DNA of 64,000 nucleotides from Ignavibacteriae bacterium HGW-Ignavibacteriae-1. Lineage in GTDB: Bacteria; Bacteroidota; Ignavibacteria; Kapaibacteriales; UBA2268. The translations under genes and the position numbers were made by a program. The notes beneath the pieces are model-generated. The model had not been told where the DNA came from. It made no database searches and worked only from the letters and a program-made list of their open reading frames with translations. The stretch lies in the NCBI GenBank assembly GCA_002839825.1, contig PGYU01000002.1:69962-133961 (forward strand), read 5' to 3'. Positions 1-7,825 of this stretch are shown one piece after another (position 1 is the first letter of the stretch; every line of letters starts with the position of its first letter).

Positions 1-2
1 TT

Positions 3-1367
3 CACACCGGCAGAAAATTATTTGACGTGAAATTTGGCTTGATTTGGGTTGGGGCTTTTGTAGGCTCACTGCTGCCTCATTTCTATTTCAAAACTGCAAT
101 TATTGACCCGACTTTCAATTTGTTGATATATCTCTCAATCTACTACCTGTTCAAACTTAGCAAAAATGAATTGGAAAAGAGCGAATTCAAGCCAATGGAT
201 TTGTTCTTTGCAGGATTATTCTGCTCATTAGGAATGTTGACAAAAGGTCCCGTAGCTTATTTGCTCATTGTACTGACTTGGGCAGGCGTCTTTTTCATTT
301 ACCGCAAACAAGCAAAATTTCCAATAAAAAAGTTGTTGTTTTTCACACTTTATGCCTCAATTTTGCCCTTAATTTGGTATTCATTGCTTATTATGCAATC
401 AGGCAGTGCATTATTGGAAGATTTTATCGCATATCACATCCGTTTGCTGACAACAGGGGAAGCCGGGCATTCGGGACCTATTTACTATCATTTTGTGATT
501 TTGCTCTTGGGATGCTTTCCGGCTTCGGTGCTGATATTCAGGTCTTTCCGCAAACAATCGGATGATTCGCAGTTGCAAAATTTATTCAAAATATGGAATT
601 TTGTTCTGCTCGCGGTTGTGCTCATAATTTTTTCAATCGTAAAAACCAAAATTGTGCATTATTCATCCTTGGCGTATTTCCCGATTACATTTTTAGCAGC
701 ATATTCTGTGTATTCAATTGTTTATCGCGAAATCGGCTGGAAATGGACTACGACTGTAATGTTAGCTTTGATTGGCATTGTCTATTCGGCACTTTTTGTA
801 CTTTTCCCACTTGCATTAATCAATGTAGAAATGATTTTGCCAAAGATAACTGACGAAATGACATACGAAGTGCTGAGTTCGCCCGTTCATTGGGGAGGAT
901 TCGAATATATCGTAGGTATAGTATTTTTTGTGGGACTTTGCATTTCGCTTGTATTAGTATTTATGCGTAAGTATTTGCCCTCATTTGTCGCCCTGACAGC
1001 TACTATCGCAGTTACTATAACGCTATTTCTGCCACTCGTTGCTCCGAAAATCGAACAATACACACAAGCTGCTCCGATTGAATTTTTTGGCTACCTTGCC
1101 CAAGATGATGTTTACTTGCATACTCTGGGATATAAGTCATACGTGCCATATTATTATGGTGCAAAGAAATACGAACGCTCACGCTATTATTTGGGGATGT
1201 CAGGCAAGGAATATGAACAATTTTTGCTCGAAGGTGATATCCAGAGCGATGCGTATTTCTCGGCAAAGATGACAGCTGCCGACAATTTTGCAAATCAATA
1301 CCCTGAATTAATCGAGTTATATCGCAAAAATGGCTTCGTCTTTTTCAAACGAGAGCGAATTCAATGA
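3..1367 (+). CDS. Glycosyltransferase family 39 (ArnT/PMT-like) polytopic membrane protein, 5'-partial
   Basis: The frame is open back to the window edge, with no stop upstream of the GTG at 27. About 12 hydrophobic segments precede a soluble C-terminal tail, the typical GT39 architecture. The family call is by resemblance only. Confidence 0.55.
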   Translation, partial: HTGRKLFDVKFGLIWVGAFVGSLLPHFYFKTAIIDPTFNLLIYLSIYYLFKLSKNELEKSEFKPMDLFFAGLFCSLGMLTKGPVAYLLIVLTWAGVFFIYRKQAKFPIKKLLFFTLYASILPLIWYSLLIMQSGSALLEDFIAYHIRLLTTGEAGHSGPIYYHFVILLLGCFPASVLIFRSFRKQSDDSQLQNLFKIWNFVLLAVVLIIFSIVKTKIVHYSSLAYFPITFLAAYSVYSIVYREIGWKWTTTVMLALIGIVYSALFVLFPLALINVEMILPKITDEMTYEVLSSPVHWGGFEYIVGIVFFVGLCISLVLVFMRKYLPSFVALTATIAVTITLFLPLVAPKIEQYTQAAPIEFFGYLAQDDVYLHTLGYKSYVPYYYGAKKYERSRYYLGMSGKEYEQFLLEGDIQSDAYFSAKMTAADNFANQYPELIELYRKNGFVFFKRERIQ

Positions 1368-1891
1368 CATTTGAAATGGTCGAAACCCTGCAAACATGAA
1401 TTGCAATAATGAAGTGATTTGCAGGCGGTCGATCCAAATTCGCTTATGATTTTTGTATCGTCCGAATCGCAAAATGGGCAAATTATCGCCATAGGGACTT
1501 TGATAATATTAAACAAATCGGAACTTTCAAATTCATAAGTCTTATTTTGAGGCGGAGCGATTCCCGATTCTTTCAGTTTCAGCTTCGTTTCGTCGCTCAT
1601 CCAATCGGTTGTCCAAGCCGGCGAAAGTCTCGTTTTGATAATTAAATTGCTAATTCCTTCCGATTCGAGCACTTTTTTGATTTCATTATGAATCCAACCC
1701 ATCGCCGGGCATCCGGAATAAGTCGGCGTAATAACGATTTTCACTTGAGTATCGCTAACAATAACCTCTCGAACCATTCCCATTTCAATTACGCTAACAG
1801 CAGGAATTTCAGGGTCTTTGACCTCTTGGAGTATCTCCAAAATTTCGTCTTTTGTTATTGCTGCTACACTCATGATATTACCATTTCGCAT
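1361..1891 (-). CDS. paaD: 1,2-phenylacetyl-CoA epoxidase subunit PaaD (DUF59/MIP18 domain plus C-terminal Cys cluster)
   Basis: Motifs EILQEVKDPEIPAVSVIEMGMV and TPTYSGCPAM, with C-terminal CPFC...CNSC...FKCH. Follows paaC with a 14-nt overlap. An alternative ATG lies at 1873. Confidence 0.85.
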   Translation of the reverse strand: MRNGNIMSVAAITKDEILEILQEVKDPEIPAVSVIEMGMVREVIVSDTQVKIVITPTYSGCPAMGWIHNEIKKVLESEGISNLIIKTRLSPAWTTDWMSDETKLKLKESGIAPPQNKTYEFESSDLFNIIKVPMAIICPFCDSDDTKIISEFGSTACKSLHYCNSCLQGFDHFKCH

Positions 1892-2648
1892 CGGGATAGA
1901 GCCGACGCAGGTATTGCATATCCGACAAAATATGTCCCAAATTTTCTGTGTGATAGCCTTTTCTGCCGCCGGATTGCATGAACAAATCTATTGACGGAAC
2001 TTCGAGCGTTGCCTTTGCGAGCAATTGCGAAACTGATTCGTACCATTTTGCTTTCAAACCGCTTAAATCGGGAATAATTCCTTCCGATTTGAGCAATTCG
2101 TCGTCGGCGTCAGTTTCGCATAATTCGCCTGTGTACATCCACAGAAATTCTACAGCTTCGGCAATTCGCTTATGGCTTTCTTCAGTGCCGTCACCGAGTC
2201 TGAGCATCCATTCCGACGAGTGACGTAAATGATATTTCGCTTCTTTGACAGATTTTTCGGCGATGCCTCTAATTTGCTCATCGGTACTTTTCGATAATGC
2301 TTCCATCAAAAAATAATCATAAACATCGAAGAAAAATTGGCGGGCGATTGCATAGGCAAAATCATCGGTGTTTTGCTCGCACAGCAGTGCATTTCGGAAT
2401 TCTTTTTCGGTTCGCAAGTATGCCAAATCATCTTCAGTGCGGTTTGAATTTTCCAATTCTGCTGCATATTTCAAAAATAAAACGGATTGACCAAGCAAAT
2501 CGAGTGCAATATTCGACATAGCAATATCTTCCTCGAGTATAGGAGCGGTGCTACACCATTCTGCAAGGCGATGCCCGAGAATCAGTCTATCGTCAGCGTG
2601 TTTTATCGCAAAATTGAACAAGGCTTTTTTCGTAGCATCAATGGACAT
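1878..2648 (-). CDS. paaC: 1,2-phenylacetyl-CoA epoxidase subunit PaaC
   Basis: Contains DDRLILGHRLAEWCSTAPILEEDIAMSNIALDLLGQ, a ferritin-like PaaC/PaaI signature. I chose the start MSIDATKK at 2648, which overlaps the paaB stop by 11 nt. The ORF-track start at 2729 would overlap paaB by 92 nt. Confidence 0.85.
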   Translation of the reverse strand: MSIDATKKALFNFAIKHADDRLILGHRLAEWCSTAPILEEDIAMSNIALDLLGQSVLFLKYAAELENSNRTEDDLAYLRTEKEFRNALLCEQNTDDFAYAIARQFFFDVYDYFLMEALSKSTDEQIRGIAEKSVKEAKYHLRHSSEWMLRLGDGTEESHKRIAEAVEFLWMYTGELCETDADDELLKSEGIIPDLSGLKAKWYESVSQLLAKATLEVPSIDLFMQSGGRKGYHTENLGHILSDMQYLRRLYPDAKW

Positions 2649-2934
2649 CAACGTTGACTCCTTTGGGGATTTTGTAGAATTGTGGGTGGCGATAAACCTT
2701 GTCATCAATCGAATCGAAAAAGGCTTCATTATCCTGTGGAGCTGTTGCCGTAATCAATTCAGACGGAGTAACCCAAATGCTGACGGGTTTGTCTCGGCGA
2801 GCGTAAACGTCGCGCGCATTTTGAATTGCCAATTCGGCATCAGGGGCATGTACATTGCCTACGTGCTCGTGCGGTTTGCCTGTCTTCAGTTGTATGAAAA
2901 CTTCCCAAAGTTTCCATTGTGTGTCGTTGCTCAT
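2638..2934 (-). CDS. paaB: 1,2-phenylacetyl-CoA epoxidase subunit PaaB
   Basis: 98 aa. Contains WEVFIQLKTGKPHEHVGNVHAPDAELAIQNARDVYARR, a classic PaaB sequence. Confidence 0.9.
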   Translation of the reverse strand: MSNDTQWKLWEVFIQLKTGKPHEHVGNVHAPDAELAIQNARDVYARRDKPVSIWVTPSELITATAPQDNEAFFDSIDDKVYRHPQFYKIPKGVNVDVH

Positions 2935-3083
2935 TTTTTACCTGTTTTTAATTATTTTTTACTCGATAGTTTCTTTTACGTGTCATTGTCGGATTTATTA
3001 CTTTGGGGAATATCGAATTAATACAACACTAACATATTTGATTCGACGTAATTAATTGTAATGATTGACTAATTAATAAAATA

Positions 3084-4022
3084 ATGGAAAAAATTATGGA
3101 TGACAAAGCAAAACTCGAGGAATTTGAAGCTCGAATTAATGCAGGCGAGAAAATCGAACCCAAAGATTGGATGCCGGAAGAATACCGCAAAAATCTGATT
3201 CGGATGATTTCTCAACACGCTCACAGTGAGATTGTCGGGATGCTTCCCGAAGGAAATTGGCTGACACGTGCTCCCAGTTTGCGCCGAAAACTTGTGTTGC
3301 TTGCCAAAATCCAAGACGAAGCCGGACATGGGCTCTACCTATACAACGCTGCCGAAACTCTCGGAATCTCGCGTGAGGAATTGCTCGATAATTTGCATAC
3401 CGGCAAAGCCAAATATTCCAGCATTTTTAATTACCCAACGCACACTTGGGCAGACATTGGCGCTATCGGATGGTTGGTGGACGGTGCAGCGATGGTCAAT
3501 CAAGTCAGTTTGATGCGGACTTCGTACGGACCGTACGCTCGAGCAATGGTGCGAATTTGCAAGGAAGAGGCTTTCCACAATCGCCAAGGTTACGAACTAA
3601 TCGCTGAATTATGTGCCGGAACGCAGGAGCAAAAGCAAATGGCTCAAGATGCGCTAAATCGTTGGTGGGGACCCTCACTTCAGATGTTCGGACCCGACGA
3701 CAAGCACTCAGTCCATAGCGAGCAATCCTTGCGTTGGAAAATCAAAGCCGAAAGCAATGAATCGCTGCGACAAAAATTCATAAATATGACCGTGCCTCAA
3801 GCGGAAGCTCGCGGATTGACAATTCCCGATCCGGAACTCGTATTTCATCCAGAAACCAAGACTTACAGCTACGGACCAATCAATTGGGATGAATTTTTCA
3901 ATGTAATCAAAGGCAATGGATTTTTGAATAAGCAACGCCTCAAAACCCGAAACGAAGCCCACGACCGAGGTCATTGGGTGCGTCAAGCCGCCGAAGCATA
4001 CGCCCAAAAGCATATGCAGTAG
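3084..4022 (+). CDS. paaA: 1,2-phenylacetyl-CoA epoxidase catalytic subunit PaaA
   Basis: 312 aa. Di-iron motifs [10 protein letters not shown] and [11 protein letters not shown], plus EEAFHNRQG. Transcribed divergently from paaBCD. Confidence 0.9.
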   Translation: MEKIMDDKAKLEEFEARINAGEKIEPKDWMPEEYRKNLIRMISQHAHSEIVGMLPEGNWLTRAPSLRRKLVLLAKIQDEAGHGLYLYNAAETLGISREELLDNLHTGKAKYSSIFNYPTHTWADIGAIGWLVDGAAMVNQVSLMRTSYGPYARAMVRICKEEAFHNRQGYELIAELCAGTQEQKQMAQDALNRWWGPSLQMFGPDDKHSVHSEQSLRWKIKAESNESLRQKFINMTVPQAEARGLTIPDPELVFHPETKTYSYGPINWDEFFNVIKGNGFLNKQRLKTRNEAHDRGHWVRQAAEAYAQKHMQ

Positions 4023-4040
4023 GGGGAATTACTGTCTTTC

Positions 4041-4246
4041 TCCCTCTCCTTTGGAGAGGGCCGGGGTGAGGTGATTTGCTGTCTCGTCCCAATAAAACAT
4101 TGCCAAACATAGCCCACGAATTTATTCGTGGGTATTTTTTTATATACCGCGGCAATCGCTCCCTGAGCTTATCTAAGGGTACAATGACGAGCGCCAGCAG
4201 GCGGGGCGGATTGACTTGTCTTTTCCCGCGGTTAAAACCGTGGGCT
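4041..4246. repeat. Cluster of three unrelated GC-rich REP-like hairpins in the paaA 3' spacer
   Basis: Hairpin 1: CCCTCTCC-TTT-GGAGAGGG (4042-4060), followed by CCGGGGTGAGG. Hairpin 2: CCCACGAA-TTTA-TTCGTGGG (4113-4132). Hairpin 3: CCCGCGGTT-AA-AACCGTGGG (4225-4244, one G-U pair). The GC content stands out from the AT-rich flanks. Confidence 0.7.
4113..4141 (+). terminator. Candidate intrinsic terminator downstream of paaA
   Basis: An 8-bp GC-rich stem (CCCACGAA/TTCGTGGG) is followed by TATTTTTTT. Confidence 0.4.
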
Positions 4247-4351
4247 ATGTTTCTCCTCTTTTTTCTTCTAAAAATTTATATCATTTTCCAATTATTTTTT
4301 TATTTTTGTTACAGTATTTTTTCAAGTAACATTTGAAATTAGGAGATAATC

Positions 4352-4831
4352 ATGGCTACTCAGACCGAAGAAGAATGTTGTCCGGAATTCAAACCCGAAC
4401 CTTGGGATGACAAAATTATCGAATGGGACAACAAGCGATTTATCAAAGACCACGTTTTCACTTTCATGTACATGCCCGTCAATTTTGGCTCAGTAATGAA
4501 AAGGCTCGACGAAAAAGTCCGAAAGAACGGTGCAACAATCTCTGACAATCTGTGTCTCTCAGACCACACTTCAAGATGGAATATGGAAGTATATCTCGAA
4601 GTTGACCGCGAAATCCCCGAAGCAGAAAATGTGACATTAAGCGGTAAATATTACAGCAAAGTTTACGAAGGTCCGTACAAGGACACCGGAAAATGGGCGG
4701 CAGACTTTGAAAACATCGCTAAATCCAAGGGTTTCAATGCCCATAAAATGTTCATGTGGTACACTACTTGCCCCAAATGTGCCAAAAAATTTGGCAAAAA
4801 CTACGTCGCATTTATGACACAAGCGGAGTAG
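4352..4831 (+). CDS. Conserved Cys-containing protein of unknown function (N-terminal CC, C-terminal CPKC)
   Basis: 159-aa ORF with AGGAG 7 nt upstream. N-terminal EECCPEFKPEPWDDK and C-terminal WYTTCPKCAKKFGKNYV. I recall similar proteins auto-annotated as 'hydrolase' but cannot name the family. Confidence 0.6.
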   Translation: MATQTEEECCPEFKPEPWDDKIIEWDNKRFIKDHVFTFMYMPVNFGSVMKRLDEKVRKNGATISDNLCLSDHTSRWNMEVYLEVDREIPEAENVTLSGKYYSKVYEGPYKDTGKWAADFENIAKSKGFNAHKMFMWYTTCPKCAKKFGKNYVAFMTQAE

Positions 4832-4850
4832 AAGAGATAGGTGAATCGTC

Positions 4851-4873
4851 CCGTCAGGTGTTACACCTGACGG
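4851..4873. repeat. REP-like perfect hairpin (copy 1)
   Basis: CCGTCAGGTG-TTA-CACCTGACGG, a 10-bp perfect stem, lying 20 nt after the stop of the 159-aa gene. Confidence 0.75.
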
Positions 4874-4965
4874 AACAAATTATTTAAAAGCACAATTGCA
4901 CATAAAATTTTTTCAAAACACGACGAAATTACAGAATTTTATGAAGAATTTTATAATTTTGTAGA

Positions 4966-5211
4966 ATGAAAATTGAAAAAATTCTAAAGAGATTGCTTGC
5001 CGGTACACATAACGTCAAATTTGGCGAGATGTTATATTTACTTGAAGCATTTGGATTTGAATTGGACAGAACAAAGGGAAGCCATCACATTTTCAAGCAT
5101 GTAGGAATAAATGAGATTGTAAACATACAAAACGTGAATGGAGAAGTTAAATCTTACCAAGTAAAACAAGTTTTAACTATAATTGAAAGAAATTCGTTAA
5201 CTTATAAGTGA
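4966..5211 (+). CDS. hicA: HicA-family type II toxin (mRNA interferase)
   Basis: 81 aa. Contains GFELDRTKGSHHIFKH, the HicA/YcfA motif. It sits directly upstream of a HicB-like ORF. Confidence 0.8.
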   Translation: MKIEKILKRLLAGTHNVKFGEMLYLLEAFGFELDRTKGSHHIFKHVGINEIVNIQNVNGEVKSYQVKQVLTIIERNSLTYK

Positions 5212-5215
5212 AATT

Positions 5216-5440
5216 ATGAAAGATTATCATATAAATATATTTTATAGCGAAGAAGACGGTGGTTATATAGCAGACATACCGGACTTGGCTTATTGCTCTG
5301 CATTTGGAGTGACACCGGAAGCAGCACTTCATGAGGTGTTGGAAGCAAAAGAAATATGGCTTGAAACCGCACAAGCCGCCAATAAAAAAATCCCGAAGCC
5401 ACATTACAAGCCTCTTCTATACCAGATAGCGATGTCTTAA
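5216..5440 (+). CDS. hicB: HicB-family antitoxin (UPF0150 fold, short form)
   Basis: 74 aa. Contains INIFYSEEDGGYIADIPDLAYCSAFGVTPEAALHEVLEAKEIWLE. Starts 4 nt after the hicA stop. Confidence 0.8.
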   Translation: MKDYHINIFYSEEDGGYIADIPDLAYCSAFGVTPEAALHEVLEAKEIWLETAQAANKKIPKPHYKPLLYQIAMS

Positions 5441-5453
5441 GTTGTTAACCAAC

Positions 5454-5483
5454 CCCGTCAGCAGTGACACCTGACAGAACGGA
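5454..5483. repeat. REP-like hairpin (degenerate copy 2) between two convergent TA modules
   Basis: CCCCGTCAGCAGTGACACCTGACAGAACGG matches about 24 of 30 positions of TCCCGTCAGGTGTTACACCTGACGGAACAA at 4849-4878. Confidence 0.6.
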
Positions 5484-5488
5484 ATAAA

Positions 5489-5677
5489 TTAAAAAGGATT
5501 TGGAATCTCGAGTTGTTTGCAGATTTCTTTACAAGTATTGTTTTTTAGCTCGTTATGTCTAGGGACGGCAGTTTTAAAATCATTATTCAGATTCTTAAAT
5601 ATTGAATGTTTAGCTCCCTCTCTATAGAGAATACAATTAAACCTATTGAGATATTTAATGAAATCATTCCTTTTCAT
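5489..5677 (-). CDS. hicA: HicA-family type II toxin (second, unrelated copy)
   Basis: 62 aa. Contains FIKYLNRFNCILYREGAKHSIFKN and AVPRHNELKNNTCKEICKQLEI. Overlaps the upstream hicB by 4 nt. Confidence 0.8.
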   Translation of the reverse strand: MKRNDFIKYLNRFNCILYREGAKHSIFKNLNNDFKTAVPRHNELKNNTCKEICKQLEIPNPF

Positions 5678-5904
5678 ACGAGTATTATAAGCTCGTCTGA
5701 AATTTTGTCAGTTGTGCTATCTTCAAGCTCAGACTCTTCTCTATCTACCTCAAGCATAAGACCGAGGGCATCCAAAACATTTTCCCGTGCTTCTTGCTTA
5801 GTCTCACCTTCAGAAATCACGCCTCTCATTTCTTTAATATATGCTGTATAGCCACCTTCTTCGCAAGGTGTATATACAATGGTCAATTTTAATTTGTTTT
5901 CCAT
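5674..5904 (-). CDS. hicB: HicB-family antitoxin
   Basis: Contains KLTIVYTPCEEGGYTAYIKEMRGVISEGETKQEARENVLDAL. I chose the ATG at 5904 (MENKLKL). The ORF-track start at 5946 would overlap the upstream ORF by 23 nt. Confidence 0.75.
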   Translation of the reverse strand: MENKLKLTIVYTPCEEGGYTAYIKEMRGVISEGETKQEARENVLDALGLMLEVDREESELEDSTTDKISDELIILV

Positions 5905-5923
5905 ATTTTTTTCTTCTTTTATC

Positions 5924-6145
5924 TCAATATTTATACGGTTTAGCATCCAATTTCTTCTTTTTATTTATGATGGATTCCAAGGTTGATTTATAGTCCACAG
6001 ACTCCTCATTTTTTAAAAGTTCATAGGCAATAATATCCTGAATATCCTCGATGTATTCCAAAGTAATTTTCTTTGACGATTTCAAAGGAAGCAACAAATG
6101 GGTTTTTGCACCATTCTGGTCGGTTATAAAACTAATATCAGGCAT
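5924..6145 (-). CDS. Small acidic/basic protein of unknown function, first gene of the hicBA operon
   Basis: 73-aa ORF co-oriented with and immediately upstream of hicB-hicA. It has no recognisable motif. It may be an orphan antitoxin-like gene. Confidence 0.4.
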   Translation of the reverse strand: MPDISFITDQNGAKTHLLLPLKSSKKITLEYIEDIQDIIAYELLKNEESVDYKSTLESIINKKKKLDAKPYKY

Positions 6146-6251
6146 AAGAATCCTTTCAATTTAAGAAATACTAAATCATCAAACGATATATCATATAAGA
6201 TATTTCACATAGATTTTCTTATTAGTCTGAACTTTCCAGACTCCACCCTCT

Positions 6252-7823
6252 TTACATCGGGATATTGCCGTGCTTACGCGGTGGGTTTTTGTCCACTTTA
6301 TTTTCGAGTAAGCTGAATGCTTCGATTAGCATTTGGCGCGTATGTTTGGGCTCGATTATGTCGTCAATATAGCCGTATGATGCGGAAATGTAAGGATTTG
6401 CGAAGCGTTCGTTGTATTCGTCAATTAATTCGGCTTCGCGAACGGATGGCTCGGGCGAACTTTCGATTTCCTTTTTGAAAATTATTTCCACTGCTCCTTT
6501 GGCGCCCATCACGGCTAATTCAGCGGAGGGCCACGCATAGTTCAGGTCGCCCCGAATATGCTTGCTGCTCATAACGTCATATGCACCGCCGTACGCTTTG
6601 CGAGTGATGACGGTCACTTTAGGCACGGTGGCTTCGCAATATGAATATAGCAACTTGGCGCCGTTTGTGATGATGCCTCGCCACTCTTGGTCGGAACCGG
6701 GCAAAAATCCCGGGACGTCTTCTAATGTCAGCAATGGAATGTTGAATGAATCGCAAAAGCGGATAAATCTGGCAGCTTTTTTGGAGGCATCTATATCGAG
6801 CACTCCGGCAAGAACGGCGGGCTGGTTTGCTACTACACCGATTGAGCGACCGCCAAGCCTGATGAAGCCGACCAATATATTTTGGGCATAGTCTTTATGG
6901 ACTTCAAAAAATTCGTGCTTATCGGCAATAATTTTGATGATGTCCTTCATGTCGTAGGGCTGATTTGGATTTGCCGGAACGATGTAGTTCAGTTCTTCAT
7001 CTGCACGGTTTACGGGGTCATTGTTCGGCACAAATGGCGGTTCTTCGGCATTGTTAGACGGCAAATATGTGAGTAGCTGGCGGACGATTTCGATTGCTTC
7101 AACGTCATTTTCAGCTACAAAATGCGCCACACCGCTTTTTGAAGCATGTGTTTCCGCACCGCCCAAAGCTTCGGAACTCAAATCTTCGTGCGTCACTGTT
7201 TTGACTACTTTGGGTCCGGTAACGAACATGTAGGAAGTGTGCTTGACCATGATGACGAAATCGGTAATTGCGGGAGAATAAACCGCACCTCCGGCGCATG
7301 GTCCCATTATGAGCGAAATTTGCGGTACAACGCCCGATGCCATTGTGTTGCGGAGGAAAATTTCGGCATATGCACCAAGCGAAATCACTCCTTCTTGGAC
7401 GCGAGCACCACCCGAATCATTCAATCCGATGACGGGAGCGCCGGTTTTGAGCGCCATATCCATTATTTTGCATATTTTTTTGCCGTGCATTTCGGCAAGG
7501 CTGCCACCCAAAACTGTGAAATCTTGCGAAAAAAGATATACTTTTTTGCCAAGAACTTCAGCAAATCCTGTCACCACACCATCGCCCAATGGGACAGTCT
7601 TGTCGAGCCCCAACTGAGTGGCGTGATGATGCACGAGCATATCCATTTCGCGAAAAGTGCCGTTATCGCATAGCAAATCCACTCGTTCCCGAGCCGTAAG
7701 TTTGCCTTTTGCATGTTGCGAATCAATCCGAGCGTCACCGCCGGCTTTCATGGCAATGCTTTTCAGTTTGTACATTTTAGCGATTTTTTCTTCGATTTTC
7801 TGCTTATTTTCTTGGTCTGTCAT
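6252..7823 (-). CDS. Acyl-CoA carboxylase carboxyltransferase (beta) subunit, propionyl-CoA carboxylase / methylmalonyl-CoA carboxyltransferase type
   Basis: 523 aa. Contains [49 protein letters not shown] and [11 protein letters not shown]. Confidence 0.92.
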   Translation of the reverse strand: MTDQENKQKIEEKIAKMYKLKSIAMKAGGDARIDSQHAKGKLTARERVDLLCDNGTFREMDMLVHHHATQLGLDKTVPLGDGVVTGFAEVLGKKVYLFSQDFTVLGGSLAEMHGKKICKIMDMALKTGAPVIGLNDSGGARVQEGVISLGAYAEIFLRNTMASGVVPQISLIMGPCAGGAVYSPAITDFVIMVKHTSYMFVTGPKVVKTVTHEDLSSEALGGAETHASKSGVAHFVAENDVEAIEIVRQLLTYLPSNNAEEPPFVPNNDPVNRADEELNYIVPANPNQPYDMKDIIKIIADKHEFFEVHKDYAQNILVGFIRLGGRSIGVVANQPAVLAGVLDIDASKKAARFIRFCDSFNIPLLTLEDVPGFLPGSDQEWRGIITNGAKLLYSYCEATVPKVTVITRKAYGGAYDVMSSKHIRGDLNYAWPSAELAVMGAKGAVEIIFKKEIESSPEPSVREAELIDEYNERFANPYISASYGYIDDIIEPKHTRQMLIEAFSLLENKVDKNPPRKHGNIPM

Positions 7824-7825
7824 AT

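Noticed and set aside
4076-4336. 86-aa ORF (and the 71-aa ORF at 3940-4155 on the minus strand) across the paaA 3' spacer
   Set aside because: These are translations of the GC-rich hairpin repeats (…AHEFIRG…, …LKPWAM…). They have no start context and low-complexity tails, so they are almost certainly not genes.
4954-4961. TAATTTTG (-7-like box) just upstream of hicA
   Set aside because: It ends only 4 nt before the ATG, too close to act as that gene's -7 element unless the mRNA is leaderless. Such 8-mers are expected by chance in this AT-rich spacer.
4352-6250. Mobile genetic element or genomic island carrying the TA genes
   Set aside because: There is no integrase, transposase, tRNA target or long terminal repeat. 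Only short REP-like hairpins flank one cassette. I report it as a TA accumulation site, not as a mobile element.
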